Origin: Azolla caroliniana
Lineage: Eukaryota; Plantae; Polypodiophyta
DNA length: 64,000 bases
Direction of reading: 5' to 3'
Assembly: GCA_043228905.1 (NCBI GenBank)
Contig: JBHGNT010000014.1
Location: 8,680,001-8,744,000 of the forward strand
Every line of letters starts with the position of its first letter. Positions within the stretch are counted from its first letter, which is position 1. This document shows positions 51,076 through 63,613 of this stretch, in pieces. The notes below the pieces were generated by a model. It was not told the origin of the DNA. It saw only the letters and a list, made by a program, of their open reading frames with translations, and made no database searches. A program made the position numbers and the translations under genes.

Positions 51076-51816
51076 ATGGCTAATTGTGAGGCTTACAAGG
51101 CGCAGAGTGGTAGCAGGAGGAGGAGGAGTGTAGCAGGGGGGCTATATGGGGTTAGGGCGGCTGTAATGGTGGTGGTGTTGATGATGATGGCCATCGTCTT
51201 GCACGTGAGCGCGGGGGACGCTGATGCTTACAAGGGCCTGAATGACAAGGAGAAATACGACCTGTCTGATGCATACAAGAAGGAAATCGGCCACGACGGT
51301 GCTGTTCATTACGATAATCTGAAGGATGGAGAGGGCAAGAGAAAGGATGGATATGGCCTATACAATGGCTACGACAAAAGGAACTATGGCCGGTATGATG
51401 GCTACAACAACAAGATCTATGGCCAATATGATGGCTACAACAACAACAAGAACTATGGCCAATACGATGGCTACAACAACAACAAGAACTATGGCCAATA
51501 CGATGGCTATGACAAAAAGAACTATGGCCGGTATGATGGCTACAACAAAAAGAACTATGGTCCGTATGATGGCTACAATAACAAGAACTATGGCCAATAT
51601 AATGATATCTACACACATGATAAGAACAAGAACTACGGCCAATATGATGGCTACAATAACAAGAACTATGGCCATTATAGTGGTTACAACAATAAGATCT
51701 ATGGCCAATATGATGGCTACAACAAGCACTATGGCCAATACAATGGCATTGGTACATATGATAAGAACCAGAACTATGGCCAATATAACTACGGATACAA
51801 TGACAAACATTACTAA
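51076..51816 (+). CDS. Secreted (or signal-anchored) Tyr/Gly/Asn-rich tandem-repeat protein
   Basis: 246-aa intact ORF; hydrophobic VRAAVMVVVLMMMAIVLHVSA|G signal-like segment; 13 YG[QRPHL]Y cores in an ~11-aa repeat (KNYGQYDGYNN); upstream TATA box and downstream AATAAA (~51964). Confidence 0.8.
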   Translation: MANCEAYKAQSGSRRRRSVAGGLYGVRAAVMVVVLMMMAIVLHVSAGDADAYKGLNDKEKYDLSDAYKKEIGHDGAVHYDNLKDGEGKRKDGYGLYNGYDKRNYGRYDGYNNKIYGQYDGYNNNKNYGQYDGYNNNKNYGQYDGYDKKNYGRYDGYNKKNYGPYDGYNNKNYGQYNDIYTHDKNKNYGQYDGYNNKNYGHYSGYNNKIYGQYDGYNKHYGQYNGIGTYDKNQNYGQYNYGYNDKHY

Positions 51817-52400
51817 CTCCAATATGAAGAACTCCCAAAATAATGATGGCCCCTAGTTCTCACATAATAATAATAAGCTAATGATCTACAACTTGGAGGC
51901 TTCAACACCATAAACTTTAATAGCTAGTGATGGCAATTGTAGTAGCAGTATTGTCTCAGCATCAATAAAACACCATTGACAAACAGATCCTAATAAGTTA
52001 TCATGTGTTGTAGCACTTCTTTTTGCAATAACACTAAATTAAGGTCTAGATAAAGACTTATTAAAATCGAGCGTTTTCATTATTCGTGGTAAATGCAATG
52101 TATCCTAGATCGCATTGACGGTGTTGAGCGTTAACATTCTACCGTTTGTTTGTTCTCTCTGTCTTTGGGCATTAAGTTCTTGTAACTAATACAAACCCAT
52201 GCGCTCGGATCATTATATGCACTAATTAATAGAAATCAAAACTAGAATCTCTTAGAAAAAATGAGAATGACTAAAGGTCAAGTTCAACATTGCCTAGCTC
52301 ACATGGCTGCTTTTACTAAATGTCCCCTAGCCCATACACAAGAAATAGAACAATAACAATGGAAATATTAAAAATGAAACAATATCAAAGCAATGTTACA

Positions 52401-52845
52401 TGTCGTAATCCACATGGACGTGTCAGATCGGAGCGGGACCACTAGGGTCTTTAATGAAGGAGTCTAAAGGGAACGAGAGGGGTAAAAGTGTTTGTCTGGA
52501 TCGGGTTCTGGATATCCGGCTCGGGCACGTAGTCTATCCGGATGCATGGGCTCGAGCACGTAGTCTATTTGGCTCGGTCGCCAGTTATATTCTCAGCACA
52601 CGTGTCCGATCCGGGCCTGCCGCCGGATTCCGGAAGTAGAGCACACAGGCTCAGAGACTCAAGTTTGATGACTGTAACAAATCAAGACAATGAGATGAAA
52701 AGATGGACAAACACAAGAGAGATGCGGCAAAATCAAGAATGTATTATCAACAGAGAGATTACAACCGGACTTGGCCGGTGAAAAGCTTCGAGCTTTACAC
52801 ACACACACCCACACCGGACTGAAGAGCCTCTAGTCGAGAGCACAC
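52401..52845 (-). mobile_element. Partial Gypsy LTR (U5 end) related to the tRNA-Trp family
   Basis: Minus strand ends GACCCTAGTGGTCCCGC...ACGACA, like the LTR ends at 3670, 56903 and 63415; CCGG...AGCTTCGAGCT.TACACAC block shared (inverted) with ~57180-57230. Confidence 0.65.
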
Positions 52846-52847
52846 AG

Positions 52848-55800
52848 TGTCATGGGGAATTCTAGCTACAAGGAGAAATGAGTCGGCGAGCGCATGAACG
52901 GGGGTGTGCACGGATGCACACAAAAAATGTCCTTATGTATAGGGGACAAGGTCCCATTCTACTTGGAACTCCAGCCATTTCAATGGGGACAAGGTCCCAT
53001 TTTACTTGGAAGCCTACAACGCGGAAATGGAAGTGCGTGGCGTAGACGAGGCGTTGAGGTTGGAGTTCTTCTGTCGGGTCGTAGCTGTCCGGGTGCATGC
53101 GGAAGTAAAGGAGCTCTGTGAGGTTCATAGTTCGTGGGAGGCCTTCGAAGAGGCGCTCCTGAAGGCATACGGAAGGCGGCCGAAAGGCCGGGGAAGGCGT
53201 GACTTCGACCAATGGATATCGTCGGCAAAGACCCATCGGGGCGCAACGAAGGCGTTCCGAGAGTTCAAGCGACGACTTGCTCGGCTTCCGGAGCGGGAAC
53301 AAGGTTTGGTGGGGGCGGACAAAGTCCTATTGTTCGTCAGGTCGATCAACCAAGCGGAACGGGAGGCCATCGGGATTGAGCTCGAAGATGACGACGGAGC
53401 GAATGGGCTTACAGAGGACTGGTCGAAGGTCGGAAGGGTGTGCCAACGGCTAGATAACGAGCGAGCCGAGAGGACTAAGAGGAAGGGGCGCGACGGCGTG
53501 CCAACACAGCGGGAAGAGGCCGAACGGCAAAGAGAGTCGGCAAGGGACGGCGTCGGGACCAGGATTGCGGAGGCGTACACAGCTCTCGAGGCGATGCTCG
53601 AGGAAGAGGAAAGATCGAGGCCGCAAGCCGAGACTGAGGAGACGGACTTGCCCCATGCGATGACGGAAGGTCGGTACCACGGTACCATGGGAGAGGGTGC
53701 GGAACAAAACGCCCTCTCGACTTGCACAGATAGAACGGCCAAGGACGAGACCGAGATACCGATCGCGGGATCAGAACGTTGGAACCATCGGTGTCGGGTG
53801 TGTCAGCCCGAAACCCCGGTCATTGGAGAAGCAAGCCCAGACGGGCTTGCGCGATCGGTAAGGAGATGACTGCCAACCACGAAGAGCCGGTGGCTACGGA
53901 CAAGGTCATAAAACGGATGGGCGATTCTTTGTGTCTTCCCACACTTGCTCCTGAGACGATGGCAGACGGGCCCGAGTGCCCACGTGAGTCCCAAGAGGAG
54001 GAAGGCGGCGGTGAGAGACCAAGAATCACCGGCGAGACGATACGGGGAAGGAGCGGACGAAAGCCCACAAACCCGATTTTGGAGAACTCAGCATTCGGGC
54101 CCGTATGCCCATGTAAGACCGAGGAGATGGATGGCGGTACCGAGCCGCCCTCTTTTACATGGGGAGAAAAACCGACCGGGCGAAGGTCGGGAATTGGAAG
54201 GAGGGTGATCAGAGGTTCGGAACATGTCTGCCAAGATCGGCATCGGAGCCGAAACTCCGGACATTGGAGAATCAAGCTCAGGCGGGGCTTGATTGATCAC
54301 AGAGCAGATGCTATCCACCGACACCACTAAAAGGGGCAGTGGCCCGGACGAGTTGTCGAAAGACGTTGCGAAATCGGTTATGCTACATCCTATCCGGAGA
54401 CTACGACTGTTCGGCCGACGGGGCAACGTAAGACCGAAAGAGATGGAAGATGGAGGCGGGAACACAGTAAGGAGAGCGACGACGAGTTACGGAGAAGTAC
54501 GGGGGATGAAGAGGAGAACAAAGACCGGTCCCATGAGATCTTCACACCAATCCGGCTGTCGGCCCGAGTGCCGGCGTGAGTCCTATAGGAGAGGTCGGTG
54601 GCGACAGGAAAACGGGACCCCGACGAGAACCGGGCGGAGCGGACTCCCAGATAACCATTCTGGGAGGGAGGAAGAGAGCAGGCCTACGAAGAGGCCGGAA
54701 ACACGGTACGTCGGTACCACGGGAGAGGGTGTGGAGCAAGCCACCCTCTCGGCTAGTGAAGGAAGGAAGACCCGGGAGAAGGGTCAAGGATACGAGGAGC
54801 CCAAGGAGGATCCTTCACACCAGATCTCTTCGGCAGTCGGCAGCGCGGTCGGCGTAAGACCAAGATACTGACGGTGGCGACGGGGGGACAAGGGCGGGCA
54901 AACCGAGGTTCCACGAAGATCCTCACACCGATCCGGCGGTCGGCCCGAGTGCCGGCGTGAGTCCTATAGGGGAGATCGGTGACGGTAGGTGGACGTGATC
55001 GGACGACGGAAGCAGAGAAAGAAGGTATCAGGCCGGCAAGGCGGCTACGGACCATCTCAAACCTTCCAGCAAGGTGAGTGGGCGTAAGGAAGTCCGGTCC
55101 TACGGGATCCCCACACCAAACCAGAAACTCCGCTGTTCGGCCAACGTGGCAACATGAGACCGAGTGAGGTTGATGGCGGTGGGAAACGGGACCCGACTAT
55201 GCGGAAGACACGAGGAGAATCCGGGAGGGACTCAAACAAAGACACCCTGAATTTCGGCAAGCAACGAAACGAAGACTGGTCCTATGGGATCTTCACACCA
55301 TTCCGGAGACCACGGTTGTTCGGCCGACGAGGCAACGTAAGACCGAGGGAGAAGGAAGGTGGCGGCAAGGGACGGGACCCGGCATCGACAAAGGTCGGTA
55401 AGACGGGACGGATGAAGTGTGACGCCCTTACCGTCCGGTTACGGTAGCGGAAGGAGCCGGTAGGGCAAACCCGAGGAGGTGTGTCGGGCCGAAAAGGCAC
55501 ACTTGGGACGGAACAAGAGTCTCGCAAGTGGCCATCATGGGCCGGATCGAAGCGTGACTACTGGACGGTGTTCGGCACGGGCGGTGCCGAACAAAGGAAG
55601 CGGAAGACGGCACAAGGGAGGTGCCGGGAACGAGGTGACGGGTGCCTAGTGGACTGCACAGGGTCGGAGTCAGGGGATGGCAAGAGAGGCCGGAGGAGGA
55701 TCCTCCACACTCACTTCGTAGATCTCGGTAGCTCCGTCGAAGTAGCGAAGACTGACAAAGCAAGCCCGGGGTGACAAGCTGGTGGGGGCGAGGAGACGAC

Positions 55801-56903
55801 GGCAAGCGGAAGACTCAAGACCTGTTGCAATAGCACGAAGACGGGAAGGGCCAAGCGGGCCACTACGGGCGTTCTTCAAGCGGAGGACATCGGGCATACG
55901 GCGGAGAACGGAGCGTGCATACGGCCGAACAAAGGCCAACGGAAGTACGCATACTACGGAGATCGCGGCGAAGGACCCATCGACGGGTAGAACGAGCCTA
56001 CGGGGAGGTAAGCGCGAAGGGAGAACCGAAGCCGACGGTTCAAACCGGCAGCAAGCCGGGATGCGGATTACGGAAGACCGGTTTCTCACCGGCCGAAATC
56101 TCTCACTGTTCACCGGATTTGGCACGTACCGATGGACGTGCGGTTAGGTGGGGGCGGATGTCGTGAAGAATTTCGTCTAGAGGCAGAAACCGGGAAATAT
56201 TGGCTACATCGGCGGGGTGCACCATGTGCACTCACCCTCATGTAATTGTGTGAATAATAAGAGTCAAGTCGAGACGAAGAATCGGGATTTATCCCACATT
56301 GTAACGCATCCCTCTCCTTGTTCTATAAAAGGAAGGGATAGTCCCTTGTAGAGGGGTTGCCCATTTTGTGTTAGAGGGTATACCATTAGATTTAGGGTTA
56401 GTTCTTCTACTTCTTCTTCCTCTTCTTCACAGTGTGGGTGGACTGTGGAGGGTTGTTCCCGCTTGGTCTCCTGTGCAAGACCCCACTCTACGTGACGAGC
56501 CCGAGAGCTCCCCGGACGGCGGCTTGGCTGCAGACTGCTGTTGTAACCTACCCTAGCTTGGTCCGGCTCGAAGCCGGGGTTGTATTCTTTCCCTTGTAAT
56601 ACATACTTTTGCGTCTGTCTGTGTATACTCGTGTCTCTGTTGGTGTCGGGTGCTTCCGCTTTCCTGCGTTCCTGCACATAAGGGCGTGAGTCGGGTCGGT
56701 GTGTGTGTGTGTGTGCGTGAGTCGGTGTCAAGCGCGCACTCCCTCTCTGTCTCCCTCTCTTTCTCTCTCTCATTCAGTTGCTTCCGGTGTGCTCCTGGGG
56801 TGCCCCGAAAAGGGTGAAGCACGACTTCTTGCGCTCCGTCACTCCCTAGTCCAGGACCCCCGTGGTCCCGCCTTTCTACACGCACGCGCGTAACAACGCG
56901 ACA
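52848..56903 (+). mobile_element. Gypsy-related element 3' part: gag-like ORF (53006-53869), GC-rich repetitive spacer without pol, PPT and 3' LTR (56159-56903)
   Basis: FNGDKVPFYLEAYNAEM...KVLLFVRSIN...GLTEDWSKVGRVC aligns by eye with the Gag at 2496-3626; PPT TAGGTGGGGGCGGA; LTR TGTCGTGAAGAA...CGCGACA with TATA box at ~56324. Confidence 0.75.
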
Positions 56904-59900
56904 ACGTGTAAATAACATATTATTAGTTAAGTGTTGGTGAATACTAGGTAGGAGTTACTCGATAGGTACTTTAAGACCACATGGGTAGAGAGAAAATCGA
57001 GGGGAAGATCTGAGAGAATACTGAGAGGAATCCATCGTTTGGGAGAACGAAGTGCTACCGGTTTGAGATCCAAGCTCTATCATTCCCTCCGTTTCCTGCT
57101 TTGTGCTGTTTTTGGGAAGAAGGTGGAGACCTTTGCTCGTGTAAGAGACCCACCCGACCAGAGGCCCGTCGTTATGTGTGTGTGTGCGTGTGTAGAGCTC
57201 GAAGCTCTGCTGCCGGCCGCGACCGGTGGTACTCCCTCTGTCTTCTCTGATTAATCGTTAATTCACTTAGTCTTTGTGTGTGTTGTGCGTCCCCGTGTCC
57301 TTATCTTTGTTCTATTTCTGTTTGTCTGTGTATCTAAGTATGCGTGCCTGTGAGCGCTTCGCTGCTTTCCAGCAACCGTTCTAGAACAGTATTCGATTCT
57401 GTGAATGTTAATGTGCGGAAGCGTCAAACAGAACCGGCTCAACCAGATAGCAACATAAAATGAGATGAAGGTTTATTGGAAAATCTTAGAAACACAGAGG
57501 AGACAGAGAGAGCAGAACATAAAACTATATTCAAAAATTAACTCTAAAACTCTGTAGATACAATGTGCTAAACAACACTATTTATACAAGTCCATAAAGG
57601 ACTGACAGAAGTACTGACAGGTACTTCAATGCTCACAAGTGCGACTGACACTAACTATGAGACAATGATTACCTAGTAGTCTAGGCTACTACTAGGCTTC
57701 CGGTTCCCGCTCGAATCCGGCTCCATGATCAGGCCGGTTGTTTTCGCATACCAATCCGGCTCATCCTTCCAGATGTTGATCCGGCTCAAGCTTATTCAGC
57801 TGATCCGGATTCGATTGAGCTTGCTCGCTCAACACTCCCCCTCAAGCTCAACTTAAGGTCGGATCGTGGTGTTATTGTCTACGGCAGCCGGTTCTTCTAC
57901 TCCGCTCCTTCTGGTGTTGTTCCACCTTGCTCGCGCTCCTCGTCCGGTCCAGTCTTGTTTGCCGCGACCCTTCTGGTTCTACGCACCTCGACCTCCTCGG
58001 TCAGCTTGTCTGCTCAACAGGCCCATTTCAGCTCCCTCGCTGCTGCGACTCCGGCGCTTGTCGACTTCCGTTGCGTCCGTGTCCACTTGGACTTTAGTTG
58101 ATCCGGCTTCTCCGAATCTTGAACCGAATCGGTTTCCTTCGATTCGTTCCAGCTCTTGTCCGAGTCGGTGTTCTCCAACTCGTCTTCCAGTTTCAGGCCC
58201 TTCACCACACCGGACCACGTCCGGGTCTTGGCCGTTTTCTTCCGGTCCGCTCTATCCTTCTTGACTCTGCCGCTGATGCCGCTTGTTCCGACCTTTTCGG
58301 ATGTGCTGACTCCTTCGGTCGGCTCAGCTTCCTTTTTCCTCTTCTCTCCCCCTTTTTTTGTTCTTTCTTCCTCTCCGGCTCCTTGTCCGGTGCCATCCGT
58401 TCCCTTTCCTTTTCTCCCCCTCAAGTGCGGCATGTCGAGATGTTGAACACCAAGCATTTCTTTGAAGTGCTGCAACTTGTCCGATCCGAGCGGTTTGGTG
58501 AAGATATCGGCAACTTGCCAATCCGTCTGAACATACCGAAGTTCTACTTCACCGCTCAAAACCCGCTCACGCACAAAGTGATAGTGGATTTCTATGTGCT
58601 TCGTCCGAGCATGGAACACGGGGTTCTTTGTGAGCTAAATGCTGCTCATGTTGTCACAATAGAGCAGGATTGGGGTCGGGACCTCAAACCACAAGTCTTG
58701 TAGCAGTCGCTGAAGCCAGATGGCTTCACAGGTGGCATTGGTAGCGCCCCGATATTCAGCCTCAGTGCTCGATAGAGCCACTATTTGCTGCTTTTTGCTG
58801 CTCCACGCAACAACCGCGCTACCCAGAGAAAACATGTAACCGAAGGTGGATCGGCAATCCAATGCATCACCAGCCCAGTCAGCATCTGTATATCCGACTA
58901 GTTCTTCGGTTATACCATGTCGGTATAACAGTCCCTGGTCCTTTGTGCCGCTCACATACCGGAGTATCCAGTGTGGGCACTGAAGGTGCTCGACGGTCGG
59001 TTTCTGCATGAACTGGTTTATCACTCCGACCGGGTAACTGAGGTTGGGTCGAGTGATCGTCAAGTATATCAGGCTTCCGATGATTTGTCGGAACCGTTGC
59101 TCATCGCAAGCCGGTCCGGAGTTGGGACAGAGCTTCTGGTTCCGGTCCAAGGTTGTGGAGACAGGTCGGTATGTCATCATACCGAACTTGTACAACATAT
59201 TCAACACATAGTGTCGTTGTGAGAGCAATATGCCGTCGGGGGTTCGGATCACCTTGATCCCAAGAAAATAATGAAGGTCCCCCAGGTCCTTCATTTCAAA
59301 TGCGTCCGACAGCTGGGACTTTACTCGGCTGATTTCATTGAGTCTGGGTCCGGTGATGACTAAATCATCAACATAAAGCAGGATGCAAACCGGACTATCC
59401 GGACCTTGCCGAATGAACAACGACAAGTCGGATTTAGAGGTCACAAACCCCATCTTACGCAACCGGTGCGTGATCTTCGCAATCCAAGCTCGGGGGGCTT
59501 GTTTCAGACCATAAAGCGACTTCTTGAGCTAGCACACCGCCGACTTGTTCATTTCCGACTGAAAACCGGGAGGTTGGATCATATAGACCCGTTCTTCAAG
59601 GTCACCTTGAAGAAACGCATCCTTCACGTCCATCAAGTGAAGATGCCACCCCTTTGCCGCAGCAACCGCCAATACCACACGAACTGTCGTCATCTTCGCT
59701 ACCGGGGCGAAGGTTTCGTCGTAATCGATTCCCTGGGTCTGTGCGTATCCCTTCGCCAATAGCCGGGCCTTGTACCGGTTAACCGAACCGTCGGCATTGT
59801 ACTTTACCTTGTACACCCATTTGCAACCGATCGGTTTATAGTGTCAGGGAGGGTCAACGAGGTCCCATGTGTCGTTGGCATCTAGTGCCCACATTTCTTC

Positions 59901-62900
59901 CTCCATAGCGGCACACCAATTTGCGTCCTTTGCCGCTTCTGCGTAGCTCTCTAGCTCACGCACTTCCGCCACCTTAGTCATGAATGGATAATGATGCGCC
60001 ATGTACTCATTTTACCCATACCGCATAACGGGGTTCTGCAAGCGGGAAGACCGGTGTAATTTGGTATTACCTGGTTTGGGGCCCTTCTTGCCTAGGTCCG
60101 ACTTCGTTCCCAAAGATCCGCCTTCATCCTTTCTGGAGTCGGATTCGCTCCGATCCGACTCAACGTTGTCGGTTTCATATTCCGGCATCTTCTTCTTCCC
60201 CTTCTCTTTGCATGTGAACCGTCTCCTCGGTTCCTTGCACAAGGAGAGCACGGTAGAGTCTCCACTACTCGTCGGTTCCTCATCCGACTGGTCATCCCGA
60301 CTCAGCCGCTCATTCAGTCCACTTAGCCTGAATGAGATCGGACTCTCTTCTAGAGTGCCGAAGTCTTCATCTTCTACTTGGACCTCCTCAGGCTCACTAG
60401 CCTCATCTTCCGGAATCGGGTCTTTGTTGGGAGTTGGAGTCAGTAAGGAGTACCATGATTCCGTCTCAGCAAACTCGACATCTCGGCTTACTCGAACCTG
60501 CTTAGTCCGGGGGTTATAGCACTTATACCCCTTTTGCTCATGCGAGTAACTGACTAGAATGCACTTCTCCGACTTCAGATCCAGCTTCTTCCGCTTCTCA
60601 TCCGGTACATGCACATAAGCAATGCTACCGAATATCCGAAGGTGTCTCAAATTTAGCTTTCGCCCGAAATACAGCTCATGTGCTGACACCTTGTCACCGA
60701 TTCGGTTTTGGATGTAGACGGTCGTCCGGACCGCCTCGGCCTAGTAGAAATGGGGCATGCTCTTCTCCTCCAGCATTGCCCTTGCCGCATCGACAATCGA
60801 CCGGTTCTTCCTTTCGGCCACACCATTTTGCTCCGGTGTGAACCTGCAGCTGAATTCTCTCCGAATTCCGTTCTGCTGCAGATAACTGTTGAATTGGCCG
60901 GAAAGTATTCTTTCCCGCCATCCGACCGCATGCAGATGATCTTCCTCTCCATTTCCCGTTCAACCAGGCTTTGAAGGTTCCGGAAACACTCGAAGACTTC
61001 GCTCTTCCTCTCGATGAGGTAGATCCATGTGTGCCAGCTCTAGTCGTCGATGAAGGAGACGAAATACCGACTCCCGCCAAGACTAACGTTTCGTGTCGGT
61101 CCTCATACATCCGAATGGATTAAATCAAGCTTGTGATGGCTCCGGTTTTGATCCGTGGGGAATGGAAGCTAGTGTTGCTTCCCGAGTTGGCAGGCTTCAC
61201 AAATTTCAGCTTTCCGGCCACTAAATTTCGATAAACCGGAAATAACTTGTTTCGATTGCATGTCTTGAAGCCTTCGATAATTGGCGTGGCTGATCCGCTT
61301 GTGCCACAGGTCGATGTCCGATTCGACCTTCTGCCCTTTTGCAAACATAGTGGTGCTGACATCATTAGTGTTGAGGATGAACATCCTCCCGTTTCTGTGC
61401 CCTTGCGCAATTATCCGGCCCTCTTCCTTGATGAAGCACCCTAGGTGCGTAAACCGCACCTGCATCCCTTGGTCGACGATTTGCCCAACTGACACCAGGT
61501 TCTTTGTGATAGTTGGAATGTGTAGTACGTTCATCAGCTTCCCCTTTTGTCCGACATGGCTTAAAGGGACTTCTCCGACATGCACAATCGGGTGAGGGGT
61601 GTCGTCTCCGGTTTCGACAATCCCCGGTTGTTCCCGTTTCTCCAAAAAAGAGAACCACTCTTCATGGCTCGTCATGTGGTTGGACGCTCTGGAATCAACA
61701 TACCATACTTCCTCCGATCCAGAAGTAGTATTCTTCATCGAGTTAGCCTTGTGCTTCATCACAAAGGCTCTTTACCAGTTTTCCCGGTTCCGAATCCTTC
61801 CGATCCTTCCGCGTAGTGCGAGCTTTGTCAGTTCTCCCGACTGGTTTTCCCGGGTTCGGATTTATCCGAATCGGCGTGCTTCTTCCAGCACTCTCTTTCC
61901 CTGTGGCCCTTTTTTCCACAGTACCAACATTCCGTGTCGGCCTTTCCTTGCCGGTTCCCGGCGCCGCTTTGACTCCCTGTGCTTGTGGAGGGTCCGGAAC
62001 TACTGTCAGCACAACCTTTGTGCCTCCGGTCTTGCTCTTGTCGTCCGCCTCCATTGCGTGCCGACCCACCTTGTCCACCACGTCCATGGGGCCGACCTGT
62101 CTCCGTGTATAGCATCCGGTCGTCCAATTGAGTGGTCCTTGACCCACTCACGTGGTTTTCTTCGAACATTAGCATCGATTGCAATTCGAAGGATGGTGGT
62201 TTCTCCCGGGTGCAGATCGTTGTCTGGATTGGACCGTACCTTTGCGCTAGACCACGAAGGCATATTTGTACTATCTTATCTTCTTCGATCGTCACGTTGA
62301 TGGACCCGAGTGCATCGCAAATCTCCTTTATCTTGTTGGTGTAGTTCGTAACCAACATGTCTCTTTGCCGGATGTTGTTCAACTCTTGCCGGAGCTGCAA
62401 CTTACGAGTTGTGGTACTTGCGATGAAAATCTTTCGTAGATTTTCCCAAACCTCCTTCGACGTCTTTGCATCCTTGATGTAGTTGAGCATTTGATCATGC
62501 ACACCGGATGCGAGACACTACAGTACCCGACTCGCTCCTTGCTCCCATACCAGGAAGTCTTTGTGTAACGGCTCCGGTGCTACTTCATTTGTTCCTTCCA
62601 CGAAGCTCCAATATCCATGCCATAGCTGGTATTGGTGCATTTTATATGACCAGGACGAATAGTTGCTCCGGTCAAGTTTCTCTGTTGGAAGTGAACTCGC
62701 CATTCCTCTGTCCATATCTTCTCTCTATTTGTTGTTACCGGGTCTAGGGTTCGTCTACGGAAGCAAATGTCGCCTGCAGAGGTTCTCAACCCTCGCGCTC
62801 TGATACCATGTGAATGTTAATGTGCGGAAGCGTCAGACAGAACCGGCTCAGCCGAATAGCAACAGAAAATGAGATGACGGTTTAATGGAAAAGCTTAAAA

Positions 62901-63613
62901 ACACAGAGGAGACAGAGAGAGCAGAACATAAAACTATATTCAAAAATTAACTCTAAAACTCTGTAGATACAACGTGCTAAACAACACTATTTATACAAGT
63001 CCATAAAGGACTGACAGAAGTACTGACAGGTACTTCAATGCTCACAAGTGCGACTGACACTAACTACAAGACAATGATTACCTAGTAGTCTAGGCTACTA
63101 CTAGGCTTCTGGTTCTCGCTCGAATCCGGCTCCCCGATCCTGCCGGTTATTCCAGATACCATCGAGATACCGATCCAGCTCATCCTTCCGGATGTTGATC
63201 CGGCTCAAGCTTATTCAGCCGATCCGGATGCGGTTGAGCTTGCTCGCTCAACAAATTCTGAGCTCACACGCTCACCATCAGGCATTCCGACATCAATCCA
63301 AAACAGATACATGTCAGGAAACTATTCTGGACAACCTTCTTCTGACACCGGCTCCTTGGTCCGAGACCCCGGTGGTCCTGCCCCGTTTCAACACAAACCC
63401 GTGATATCCGCGACATCTTTGGTGAACCCGATGTGAAAGAGGGCAACAGAGAAGTCCAAGATGAGAGACAGAGAACTCGTAGAGGCGATGGCGATGACCT
63501 TCGACAGGATCGTGAATGCGCAAGAGAGCATGGGCGGCCTCGATAGGGCCATACAGACAATAGTCAACATGATACGCCGATTTAATGGGAAGGACGTCAC
63601 AAGCTACCTGGAG
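56904..63613 (+). mobile_element. tRNA-Trp-primed Gypsy 5' LTR (split 56904-57399 and 63254-63415), PBS (63420-63437) and gag start, hit by two Copia insertions
   Basis: LTR ends ...CCGCGACA; PBS TGGTGAACCCGATGTGAA; ORF 63461 MRDRELVEAMAMTFDRIV...RFNGKDVTSYLE matches the Gag N-terminus at 3626. Confidence 0.8.
57400..63253 (-). mobile_element. Full-length Ty1/Copia LTR retrotransposon, related to 23687-29634 and more decayed
   Basis: LTRs 57400-57834 and 62809-63253; TSD GATTC/AATTC; PBS TGGTATCAGAGCGC; PPT CTTGAGGGGGAG; gag-PR-IN-RT-RH fragments collinear with the first copy. Confidence 0.95.

Noticed and set aside
51152-51856. Alternative long ORFs (Cys/His/Ser-rich and Val/Ile/Ala-rich antisense; Met/Thr-rich sense) over the repeat gene
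   Set aside because: Shadow frames of a 33-nt coding repeat. Only the 51076 frame has a signal-like segment, TATA context and a non-repetitive N-terminus.
53779-56166. Many overlapping 100-200 aa ORFs on both strands
   Set aside because: Expected in GC-rich repetitive retroelement DNA; no recognisable domain.
52401-56903. A single 4.5-kb solo LTR with TGTCG...CGACA ends
   Set aside because: No TSD (TTACA vs ACGTG). The left end is the U5 end of an inverted LTR, and a true LTR start with PPT lies at 56159.
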